Source: Polyangiaceae bacterium (GTDB taxonomy: Bacteria; Myxococcota_A; Polyangia; Polyangiales; Polyangiaceae). From it: DNA of 64,000 bases. Location: NCBI GenBank assembly GCA_044224815.1, contig JBGAJR010000019.1:64001-128000 (forward strand), in the 5' to 3' direction. This document shows, in pieces, positions 1-8,079 of the stretch. Below the pieces are notes generated by a model. That model saw nothing but the letters and a program-made list of their open reading frames with translations, did no database searches and was not told the DNA's origin. The number at the start of each line of letters is the position of its first letter. Positions within the stretch are counted from its first letter, which is position 1. Both the position numbers and the translations under genes were made by a program.

Positions 1-40
1 GTCGCGCGCACTCTCCTCGTCCGAGGAGCTCCGATCACCG

Positions 41-514
41 TTGCCGCGTCGGCGACGGAGCCTCGCGCCGTGGACCGCGCTCCTGATCGTCCTCGGGCTC
101 TCGGCCTGCAGTAAGCCCGAGGCCGACAAGCGCCTTCTCTACGGAAGCTCGAAGGACTTGGACGACTTCTTCCGTCGCGCCCGCACCACGACGACCTTCG
201 CCGACTGCGAGAACATTCGTATGAACGCGCAGGTGACACGTGGGCTGTCGTGCACCACCAAGCTGAACGACGAGGAGATGCGCGGTCTCATCGCGCGCTT
301 CGAGATCGCCCGCGACCAACCCGACCCTGGAAGCGGCACCGCCGGCCGATGCGAGTCACGCGCCGCGTTCGCCCTGCAGCAGAACGCGCACGTCGAGGTG
401 TGGCGCACGAAGTGGACGTGCGCCGCGAAGGATCAGCCGTTCACGTACCTCGAGATCCGCCGCCGTGAGGACGGAGCGTCATGCGTCGAAGTCCTTCCAC
501 AAGCGTGCGATTGA
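41..514 (+). CDS. Hypothetical lipoprotein. The N-terminus MPRRRRSLAPWTALLIVLGLSAC is a signal peptide with a lipobox.
   Basis: 157-aa track ORF. Its N-terminal signal peptide ends in LSAC. No recognisable catalytic motif. The start may lie upstream of the window. Confidence 0.45.
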   Translation: MPRRRRSLAPWTALLIVLGLSACSKPEADKRLLYGSSKDLDDFFRRARTTTTFADCENIRMNAQVTRGLSCTTKLNDEEMRGLIARFEIARDQPDPGSGTAGRCESRAAFALQQNAHVEVWRTKWTCAAKDQPFTYLEIRRREDGASCVEVLPQACD

Positions 515-523
515 TCGGCGTGG

Positions 524-1165
524 TCACTCGAGATCGCGGAGCACTTCACGCAGGAAGCGGAGCGCAGTGCGTTCGAGCGACGCTTCGCCCGTCTTCTCGA
601 GGAGGTTCGTGATGTGTCGCTTGAGCGTGGTCTCGGCGATGCGCCGCGTCTCGCAAAGCTCCTCGCGCGTCACGCCGCGCGCGATGGCCACGAGGACGTC
701 ACGCTCCGTCGGCGTGAGCTGATAGCGGAGCTGCCAGTCGTCGCCGAGCGCCTCGAGGCGGCTCACTCCGTTGGAGCGATAGAGCATGCAGCGGCGCGCG
801 AACGCGAGGATGTTCTCGGGCGCGACGGGCTTGGGCAAGAACGTCACACCCATCGCGAAGGCCTTGGCTGCGATGTCCGGATCCAGGTAGCCGGTGATCA
901 GGAGCGCTGGCAGGCCGGGGTTGTCGCGGCGTGCGTGCTCGATGATCGCGAAGCCGTCGCCGTCGGGCAGGACGAGGTCGGTGATGAGCCCCGACACGTT
1001 GCCGTTCTGCAACACCGCGGTTGCTTCGTCGATGGAGCCCACGGCTTCGATGTCGCACGTCGTGCGCAAAAGCCGCTCCAACGTGGACCGAGTGATGGAT
1101 TCGTCGTCGACGACGAGGAGGCGAATCAACTCGCCGCTCGTCGTCGACCCCGAGTCGCTAGGCAT
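524..1165 (-). CDS. Response regulator: receiver domain plus a LuxR/FixJ-type helix-turn-helix. The track ORF runs to 1228; the likely start is the internal MPSDSG.
   Basis: Receiver motifs LLVVDDE and LITDLVLPDGDG. C-terminal LuxR-type HTH LTPTERDVLVAIARGVTREELCETRRIAETTLKRHITNLLEKTG. No histidine kinase next to it. Confidence 0.8.
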   Translation of the reverse strand: MPSDSGSTTSGELIRLLVVDDESITRSTLERLLRTTCDIEAVGSIDEATAVLQNGNVSGLITDLVLPDGDGFAIIEHARRDNPGLPALLITGYLDPDIAAKAFAMGVTFLPKPVAPENILAFARRCMLYRSNGVSRLEALGDDWQLRYQLTPTERDVLVAIARGVTREELCETRRIAETTLKRHITNLLEKTGEASLERTALRFLREVLRDLE

Positions 1166-1333
1166 CTCTCTGTGCTTCTCCCCTGGGCCCCTAGTGCACG
1201 ACAGGAGCACAACCGGCTCGTCCTGCAAATCCTACCCAGGTAGTAGAAACGGCCGATTTGCGGGGTTTTTGCCCAGAAAATTTTGAAAAAAAAGACCGAC
1301 CGAGCGGCTCGTACGAGCCAACCCGTGGTGGTC

Positions 1334-2515
1334 TCAATAGATACCGGGTGTCCGAGCGCTGGGGCGTCGCTGCACGTCCACGCCTTCGTCGGCCGCCCAC
1401 CGCGTGTGGAAGGCGTCGCGCATCACGAGCTCGGCGCGTTTGCCGCGGGGTGAGAACCCCCACTCCGGCTCCTGCGAGACGTCGTCGGGATCGGCGTACA
1501 CGCGCCACACGAAGAAGCCCATGAACTGGGGCTCGTCGAGGAGCGGCGCGAGGAGCGATCGGTACGCGAGCGCTTGCGCGACTTCGTCGACCTTCACGTT
1601 CTTCATCGCGTCCGGCCATTCCCACGGGCGGTGCGCAGGATCGGGGCGCGTCGTGTACCCGATCTCGGTGAAGAGCACCGGCTTGCGCCAGGTTGCGGCG
1701 AGCTTGGCCACGCGCTCACGCACGCGCCCGCCGCCGGCGAGGAGCTCGGCGGGCGTGGCCTTCTCGTGATCGGCGAGCGGGTAGAAGCCGTTGATGCCGA
1801 TGACGTCGAGCTCACCCAAGATCACGGTGTCGTCGACGTCGTCCCAATTGGCCGAATAGGTGAGGACGCCCCGGTAGCGGCGACGAACGTCGCGCACGAT
1901 CGAGACGAAGCTCGGCGCCCGCCCGCTCGTCACCCAGGAGCGGAGCTCGACGCCCACGGAGAGCATCTCGGCGTGGGTCTCTTCGGCGACGCTCGCCCAA
2001 GACAGCACGAAGTCGGAGTAGCTCTTCGCCCACGCGTCCCAGCCGGCGTCGGTCTTGGGATCGATCAGGGCGCGCCACTCGCCGGACTCGACCCACAGGT
2101 GCGGGACGAGGAGCACGGAGAGTCCGCGCTCGTGCGCCATGGCGATCGCGCGGCGCACGCTCTCGCGGTTCTCGGCGAACGGTGCCTCGAAGGCCGGGTC
2201 CACGCCGCGACCGGCGAGCGACGCCACACGGCCGAAAGGCGTGATCGAGACCCAGCGCGCGCCCGCGCGGCGGCACTCGTCGAGCGCGCGCCCGTACGCC
2301 GCTGACCCGTAGCCCACACCCGGGTGGTAGCCGTTCTCGATCGGTCCGATGGTGATGCCGCGGACGCCGCGATCGACGACGAGAGCGCGCCCGCCGAGGG
2401 GGCTGCGCGCATCGCTGTGCGTGACGGCGCTCGACGTCGCGGCGGTCACGAGCGCTGCGAGCGCGAGCTTTCGGACGAGAACGGGCAGTGGATGGCGAGC
2501 GTCGCGCGTCAGCAT
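1334..2515 (-). CDS. Secreted TIM-barrel glycoside hydrolase. Clan GH-A-like with a TEIG nucleophile motif, resembling GH113/GH26/GH5. The family is uncertain.
   Basis: N-terminal signal peptide (LALAALVTAATSSA). FTEIGYT and VGVELRSW motifs are spaced like the clan GH-A acid/base and nucleophile. 393 aa. Confidence 0.55.
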   Translation of the reverse strand: MLTRDARHPLPVLVRKLALAALVTAATSSAVTHSDARSPLGGRALVVDRGVRGITIGPIENGYHPGVGYGSAAYGRALDECRRAGARWVSITPFGRVASLAGRGVDPAFEAPFAENRESVRRAIAMAHERGLSVLLVPHLWVESGEWRALIDPKTDAGWDAWAKSYSDFVLSWASVAEETHAEMLSVGVELRSWVTSGRAPSFVSIVRDVRRRYRGVLTYSANWDDVDDTVILGELDVIGINGFYPLADHEKATPAELLAGGGRVRERVAKLAATWRKPVLFTEIGYTTRPDPAHRPWEWPDAMKNVKVDEVAQALAYRSLLAPLLDEPQFMGFFVWRVYADPDDVSQEPEWGFSPRGKRAELVMRDAFHTRWAADEGVDVQRRPSARTPGIY

Positions 2516-2516
2516 G

Positions 2517-3716
2517 TCAGAGGCCGAGGTCGTAGGTGATTCCGAGGTTCGCGCCGACGCGGATCCACACGCCCGTCGCGTCGCGCGGGGTCTGGCGCGC
2601 GTCGTCGTACGCCGGATGCATCGCGAAGGCGAGGGGGGTCAGCACCGCGCGTCCGCCCGGAAACGTGGCGAACGACACCGATGCGCGCGCGCCGAAGGTG
2701 GGCACGACGCCCGGCGACGGATCGCAGCTCGGTGTCAGGACGTCGCCTCCGCCTTTGGCGAGCGAGAGCGTCTCTGCTCCGGCGCCGAGCTCGATTGCGG
2801 TGCGGACGGTGCGCGCCACGTCCCACGCGAGGCCGGCGCCGCCGCTCGCGCCGAGCGCCGTCGCTTGGTAGCGGTCGGGCAGAACGCAACCCACGATGGG
2901 GCGCTCGGGTGCGCTCGTCGACCAACCGAGCTCGAAGAGCTCTGCGCGCGCGAAGACGAACGGCGCGAGATCACCGCGCGCGAGCGCGAGCTTCGCGCCG
3001 AGCGTGCCGCCCGCACCGACGCGGCCCGCCACGGCGCCGAGTACGTGGGCATAGACGCCGCCCTGCAGATCGAGCTCGACGCGCGCGCGCGCTGCGGCCG
3101 CAGGATCTGCCGGCGTCGGCGTTCCCGCCTCGGCCGCCTCACCGCGCACCACGACGGTTCGACCTGCGGCAGCCTCGACGGTGCGCTCCGTCACGCGGCC
3201 GCCTTGATCGAGCCGCACCAGGTGGCGACCCGGCCCTACGCTTTCGGCGAGCGGCGCGACGCCGACGCGCTTCCCGTCGATCGCGACGTCGGCGCCGGAT
3301 TGGCTCGCGTCGACGACGAGCAGGGACGAGCGCCGACGGAGGTCCGCGAGCTCGCGCGTCGCCTCGGCGCGATCGGCAGACGAGAGATCGTCGGCGCCGA
3401 GGTAGCGCTCGAGGACGGCCGCGGCGTCGTCGGGCTCGTCGAGTCGCTGGTGGCAGCGCGCCACGTTCCAGAGCTCCACCGACGGACCCCCGGCGCGGTA
3501 CGCCTCGGTGAAGAGGAGGAGCGCCTCGCGGGCGCGCCCGTCGCGATAGGCGCGGGCGCCGAGGGCATCGAGCTCACGGGCGCGGGCGAGGTCGACGCGT
3601 TCGGCGCGCGGGAGCTCGAGGATGGGGCTCTTGGCGTGCGCCGCGCGCGGAACGAGCCCCGTGATCGCGGCGGCGATCGCGACCGTCGTGAAGCGAGAGC
3701 GGGGAAGTGGGCGCAC
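2517..3716 (-). CDS. Secreted protein with TPR-like and PEGA-like regions
   Basis: Signal peptide ending AHA. Helical region (ELWNVARCHQRLDEPDDAAAVLERYL). PEGA-like strand LLVVDASQSGADVAIDGKRVGVAPL. The Gly/Ala-rich C-terminal half may be a beta-barrel. Confidence 0.5.
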   Translation of the reverse strand: MRPLPRSRFTTVAIAAAITGLVPRAAHAKSPILELPRAERVDLARARELDALGARAYRDGRAREALLLFTEAYRAGGPSVELWNVARCHQRLDEPDDAAAVLERYLGADDLSSADRAEATRELADLRRRSSLLVVDASQSGADVAIDGKRVGVAPLAESVGPGRHLVRLDQGGRVTERTVEAAAGRTVVVRGEAAEAGTPTPADPAAAARARVELDLQGGVYAHVLGAVAGRVGAGGTLGAKLALARGDLAPFVFARAELFELGWSTSAPERPIVGCVLPDRYQATALGASGGAGLAWDVARTVRTAIELGAGAETLSLAKGGGDVLTPSCDPSPGVVPTFGARASVSFATFPGGRAVLTPLAFAMHPAYDDARQTPRDATGVWIRVGANLGITYDLGL

Positions 3717-3737
3717 GGCGCCGCGAGCTTACACCGC

Positions 3738-4955
3738 TCAGGCGGAGACGAGGATGACGCGGGTGATCTCCGGCGGCGCCCCGAGGCGAGCCGGAGGTCC
3801 GGCGGTGCCGAAGCCGCGATTGACCCACATCGTGGAGCCCGCGCCCTCGTAGCGTCCAGCGACGTAGCGCAGCAGATAGCGTGCAGGATGCACGATCGGA
3901 TTCACCTGGCCGCCGTGCACGTGCCCGCTCAATTGGAGGGCGATGCGGCCCTGCGCGTCCGAGAAGTACTGCGGCTGGTGAGCGAGGAGGATGCGCGGCG
4001 CGTCTTCCGGAGCGCCCGCCAGCGTGCGGGTCAGGTTGGGGCCTCCTCCTCCATCGCGGTAATGCTTGCCCGAGTAGTCGTCGACGCCGGCGAGGACGAT
4101 GCCTGCGCCGTCGCGTGGCCTGAGGACGACGTGCTCGTTCACCAGCGCGCGAACGCCGGCGCGGAGCAGCCCGTCGCGGACCGCCGCACCGTCGGTGTAA
4201 TAGTCGTGGTTTCCGAGGATGGCGGCCACGCCGTCGCGCGCGCGGAGATCTCCGAGCGAGCGCGCCATCAGCGCGACGTAGCGGGGATCGAAATCGACGA
4301 GGTCGCCGGTGGCCACCACGAGATCGGGTTTGGTGCGCGCGACGAGCGAGAGGCCCTGCGCGAGCTCGCGCTCGTCCACGAACATGCCGACGTGAATGTC
4401 GGACACTTGCGCGATCGTGTAGCCCTCGAGCGTCTTCGGGAGGCCGGGGATGCGGACCACCACCTCTTCGATTTGGAAGTCGAGTCTTCCGCGCACGACG
4501 CCCCAACCGATGGCGCCGGCGCTCGAGCCGACGACGGCGATGCCAGCCGCGCGTTCGAACGCTTCGCGGCGGGAGAAGCGCGGCGCGGGCGGCGCGTCCG
4601 TGGCCGTGGTCTCGGGAGGCCGCGGCGGGTCGCCGCTTGTCGCGGGCTTCACGTGATGGCTGAAGTGCACACCCATCCGGAGGAGAAAGAGCGGCACGAG
4701 CGCGATGAGCGCGACGAGGAGCTCGGCCATCGCGAAGGCGGTGAGCGCGCGAATGGGTGCACTGTGCACGCGATACGCGACGAGCCGGCTCACCGGCATG
4801 AGGAAGACGAGCACGCCGAACACGACGCGGACGAGGCGGCGCCGCGCCGCGAGCTTGGGGAACGCGCGCATCGCCCAGGCGTAGAGCGCGCCGTGGCAGA
4901 GGAGGCTCGGGAGGAGGAAGAAGAGCGCGCGCACGACGGGTTCAGCGGTAGGCAA
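3738..4955 (-). CDS. Membrane-anchored calcineurin-like metallophosphoesterase (YkuE-like)
   Basis: N-terminal transmembrane helices followed by the metallophosphatase motifs DIHVG, GDLVD, GNHD and SGHVHGGQ. Confidence 0.8.
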   Translation of the reverse strand: MPTAEPVVRALFFLLPSLLCHGALYAWAMRAFPKLAARRRLVRVVFGVLVFLMPVSRLVAYRVHSAPIRALTAFAMAELLVALIALVPLFLLRMGVHFSHHVKPATSGDPPRPPETTATDAPPAPRFSRREAFERAAGIAVVGSSAGAIGWGVVRGRLDFQIEEVVVRIPGLPKTLEGYTIAQVSDIHVGMFVDERELAQGLSLVARTKPDLVVATGDLVDFDPRYVALMARSLGDLRARDGVAAILGNHDYYTDGAAVRDGLLRAGVRALVNEHVVLRPRDGAGIVLAGVDDYSGKHYRDGGGGPNLTRTLAGAPEDAPRILLAHQPQYFSDAQGRIALQLSGHVHGGQVNPIVHPARYLLRYVAGRYEGAGSTMWVNRGFGTAGPPARLGAPPEITRVILVSA

Positions 4956-4972
4956 CCGTCAGTGTAGCGCCT

Positions 4973-5890
4973 TTATTCCCGTCGGCCCGAGACCACGCGC
5001 TCGATGCGCGCGTAGTCGCGCGCCACTTCGATGTCCGTGAACCCGTGCAGAGCGAAGAGCTCGCGCGTCGCGTCGGCTTCGCCCGCGCCGATCTCCATCG
5101 CCAACACGGCGCCGGGCGCCATGAAGCGCGGCGCGTCCGCGACGATGCGGCGCACGACGTCCAGCCCGTCGTCGCCGCCGTCGAGCGCGAGGCGCGGCTC
5201 GAATTCGCGGATGTCGGCCGAGAGACCGGGGATGTCGCCGCGGAGTACGTAGGGTGGATTCGCCGTGACGAGATCGAACCGCATTGGGCTGTCGTCGCCG
5301 TCGGCGCGAGCCCAAGGATCGGTGAGCGAGGCGAGGGGCGCGAAGAGGTCACCCACCAAGACTGCCACGCCCGGTGCGCCGAGCCGCGCTGCGTTCTCGC
5401 GCGCGAGCGCCGCCGCGTCGGGCGAGAGGTCCACGGCCACGAAAGAGCTTGTCGGTCGCTCGAGGGCGAGCGAGATGGCCACGCACCCGGTGCCGGTGCA
5501 GAGGTCGAGCGCGCGCATGGCCATCGACAGATGCGCCGTTCGCGCGAGCGCGACCTGCACGAGGATCTCGGTGTCGGGGCGGGGGATGAGGGCGCGCGCA
5601 TCGACGCGGAAGCGGTGCCCGTAGAACTCGCGCTCGCCGAGCACGTAAGCCACCGGCTCGTGCGCGCGCCGCCGCTTCACGGCGTCACGGAAGCGCGCCA
5701 GCTCCTCTTTGGCCAGTGGGCGCTTGCCGTCGATGATGAGTTGGATGCGCGTCGTCGCGAGGGCGTGCGCGAGGAGCACTTCCGCGTCGAGCCGCGGCGA
5801 CTCGATGCCGCGGCTGCGGAAGTCGTCGGTCGCCCACTTGACGACGCGCTCGATCGTCCAGACGTCGTCTTTGGCTTCGGACGCGTTCAT
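4973..5890 (-). CDS. prmC: Release factor glutamine N5-methyltransferase PrmC (HemK)
   Basis: NPPY motif (LVTANPPYV). SAM-binding LDLCTGTGCVA. The N-terminal HemK helical domain is present. Confidence 0.9.
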   Translation of the reverse strand: MNASEAKDDVWTIERVVKWATDDFRSRGIESPRLDAEVLLAHALATTRIQLIIDGKRPLAKEELARFRDAVKRRRAHEPVAYVLGEREFYGHRFRVDARALIPRPDTEILVQVALARTAHLSMAMRALDLCTGTGCVAISLALERPTSSFVAVDLSPDAAALARENAARLGAPGVAVLVGDLFAPLASLTDPWARADGDDSPMRFDLVTANPPYVLRGDIPGLSADIREFEPRLALDGGDDGLDVVRRIVADAPRFMAPGAVLAMEIGAGEADATRELFALHGFTDIEVARDYARIERVVSGRRE

Positions 5891-5894
5891 CGCG

Positions 5895-7313
5895 TCAGTG
5901 GTGCGCCGGCGTCATGGCACCGGACGCGCCGTGCTTGACGCGCGCCTCGGACACCACGGCCTCGACCTCGGCGCGCAAGCGATCGCGCTCCTCGATCGAA
6001 GTGGCCTCGAAGCGGAGAACGAGCACCGGGCCGGTGTTGGACGCGCGGACGAGGCCCCAGGCGGGCTTTTCGGGCGTGCCGAAGAGGACGCGCGCGCCGT
6101 CGATGTCGATGACCTCGCGGCCAGCCTTTTTGTAGTGCTCGGTGACCGCGCGAACGACGTCGAACTTGATGGCGTCCGGGCAGTCGACGCGGAGCTCGGG
6201 CGTGGTGAAGGTCTTCGGCACGTCGGCGAGCATCTCGCCCAGCGAGCGACCGTCGCGGGAGAGGATCTCGAGGAGACGCATCGACGCGTAGACCGCGTCG
6301 TCGTAGCCGAAGTAGCGATCGGCGAAGAAGAGGTGCCCGCTCATCTCGCCCGCCAAGAGCGCGCCCGACTCCTTCATCTTGGTCTTGATGAGGGAGTGAC
6401 CCGTCTTCCACATGATGGGCTTGCCGCCGTGCTTGGCGACGTCGTCGTAGAGCGTCTGCGAGCACTTCACCTCGCCGATGATCGCCGAGCCCGGCCGCTC
6501 CGCGAGGAGCGCGCGCGAGAAGATGATCATCAGCTTGTCGCCCCAGACGATGTCGCCGTTCGCGTCGACCGCGCCCAGGCGATCGGCGTCGCCGTCGTAC
6601 GCAATGCCCACGCGGGCGCCCGTGGAGCGAACGCGCTCGATGAGCGCCGCGACGTTCTTCTCGACCGTCGGATCCGGGTGGTGGTTGGGAAAGCGCCCGT
6701 CCATCTCGCAGTAGAGCGCGTCGGGGGCGAGACCGAGGCCCTTCATCACGGCGAGCGCGGTGGGGCCGCCAGCGCCGTTGCCCGCGTCGACCACGAACTT
6801 CATGTCGGTGTGGGCGAAGGAGATCCGCTCCTTCATCATCGCGACGTACGCGGGGAGAAGATCGGTGGTCTCGATCGAGCCCTGCCGCGGAGAGGCGAAG
6901 TCCTCGCGCTCGATGCGCTCGCGAAGCGTTTGGATGTCGGCGCCGAAGAAGCTGGCCTTGCCGCGCATCACCTTGAAGCCGTTGTCCTCGGGCGGATTGT
7001 GGCTGCCGGTGATCATCACGCCGCCGTCCGTGCCGAGGTGGTGCACGGCGAAGTAGAGCATCGGCGTGGGGACGACCCCGATGTCGACGATGTCGATGCC
7101 AGCCTTCATGAGCCCGGCCGTGAGCGCGGCGAAGAGGCGCGGGCTCGACAGGCGGCAGTCGCGACCGACCGCGATGCGCGTCTTCGTTCCGTCGGCTTTG
7201 GCGAGCGTGGTGCCGAGGCCGTGACCGAGGGCGGTGACGAAGGGGTCCGAGAGATCACGGTCGGCGACTCCTCGGATGTCGTATTCGCGGAAGACGTGGC
7301 GCGGGACGTTCAT
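5895..7313 (-). CDS. Phosphomannomutase/phosphoglucomutase (AlgC/ManB family)
   Basis: Phosphoserine loop TGSHNP. Mg-binding DGDADR. Sugar-binding GEMSGH. 472 aa. Its stop is 5 bp from the prmC start, so the two are probably co-transcribed. Confidence 0.9.
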   Translation of the reverse strand: MNVPRHVFREYDIRGVADRDLSDPFVTALGHGLGTTLAKADGTKTRIAVGRDCRLSSPRLFAALTAGLMKAGIDIVDIGVVPTPMLYFAVHHLGTDGGVMITGSHNPPEDNGFKVMRGKASFFGADIQTLRERIEREDFASPRQGSIETTDLLPAYVAMMKERISFAHTDMKFVVDAGNGAGGPTALAVMKGLGLAPDALYCEMDGRFPNHHPDPTVEKNVAALIERVRSTGARVGIAYDGDADRLGAVDANGDIVWGDKLMIIFSRALLAERPGSAIIGEVKCSQTLYDDVAKHGGKPIMWKTGHSLIKTKMKESGALLAGEMSGHLFFADRYFGYDDAVYASMRLLEILSRDGRSLGEMLADVPKTFTTPELRVDCPDAIKFDVVRAVTEHYKKAGREVIDIDGARVLFGTPEKPAWGLVRASNTGPVLVLRFEATSIEERDRLRAEVEAVVSEARVKHGASGAMTPAHH

Positions 7314-7439
7314 GGGGGCACTTTTTTCCCTCGCAATGAGAGCGGTGGCAAGGCGAAACCCCCGGAAATGCGACCGGTCTCGCCCCGGGCCGCGGCACTT
7401 TCGGGCGCGGCACCCCGCGCTTTGCGCTAAGACGCGGAC

Positions 7440-8066
7440 GTGGACGCGTCCGCTCTACCGCCGCCCCCGCCTGCCGTCGTGGCCGACGCTCCGCCGGCCG
7501 CGCGCTTCACGGCTGCCGGTCAGATCGCGCCGCAGAACGACGAGGAGCGCGACCTCTGCGAGCGCGGCTCGAGCCCGGACTACCTGTACTTGGGCGGTCT
7601 CCTCGCGCTCGACGTCGCGGCCATCGCCATTCACCCGACGCTCAAGCAAGACGATCACCAGATCGTGCGCACGCTCGGCTCCGGGTTCATCGGGCTCTCG
7701 TGGGGCGCCACGCTCGGCGGCGCTCCGCTGACGCTCCCGACCTGCGACCGGACTTGGGTCTATGGCCCGCCGCCCGAGGGCGACATTCGCGCGCGCTGGC
7801 CGTTCGCGCTCGCCCTCTCGCTCGCCGCCGCCACCACCGCGCCGATCATCGTCGGCATCACGACCGGCCCGCTCCCTTCGCAGTGGACGTACGGCGAGCG
7901 GTCGTCGCGTCTGTGGATCGCCGCCGGAACGGGCGCGATCGGCTCGCTCCTCCCGTACGTGCCCGTGCTCTCACCGCGCACCTGGCGCGCGGGCAAAGAG
8001 CTCGAGCGACTCCGCTTCGCGCCCATCGAAGGCGGCGCCTACGGCGTCTACACCGTCGCGTTCTGA
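7440..8066 (+). CDS. Hypothetical membrane protein
   Basis: 208-aa ORF with several hydrophobic segments. The frame shows coding-type GC3 bias. No known motif. Confidence 0.4.
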   Translation: MDASALPPPPPAVVADAPPAARFTAAGQIAPQNDEERDLCERGSSPDYLYLGGLLALDVAAIAIHPTLKQDDHQIVRTLGSGFIGLSWGATLGGAPLTLPTCDRTWVYGPPPEGDIRARWPFALALSLAAATTAPIIVGITTGPLPSQWTYGERSSRLWIAAGTGAIGSLLPYVPVLSPRTWRAGKELERLRFAPIEGGAYGVYTVAF

Positions 8067-8079
8067 CTCGGCGCGCGGC

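Noticed and set aside
2349-4967. 872-aa plus-strand ORF and several 100-400-aa ORFs overlapping the metallophosphoesterase and PEGA genes
   Set aside because: The translation is Arg/Ala/Glu-rich low complexity with no motifs. It is antisense to well-supported genes. At about 70% GC, stop codons are rare in every frame, so length alone means little.
5709-7430. 573-aa plus-strand ORF antisense to the phosphomannomutase gene
   Set aside because: Antisense to a gene with clear TGSHNP, DGDADR and GEMSGH motifs. The translation is low complexity.
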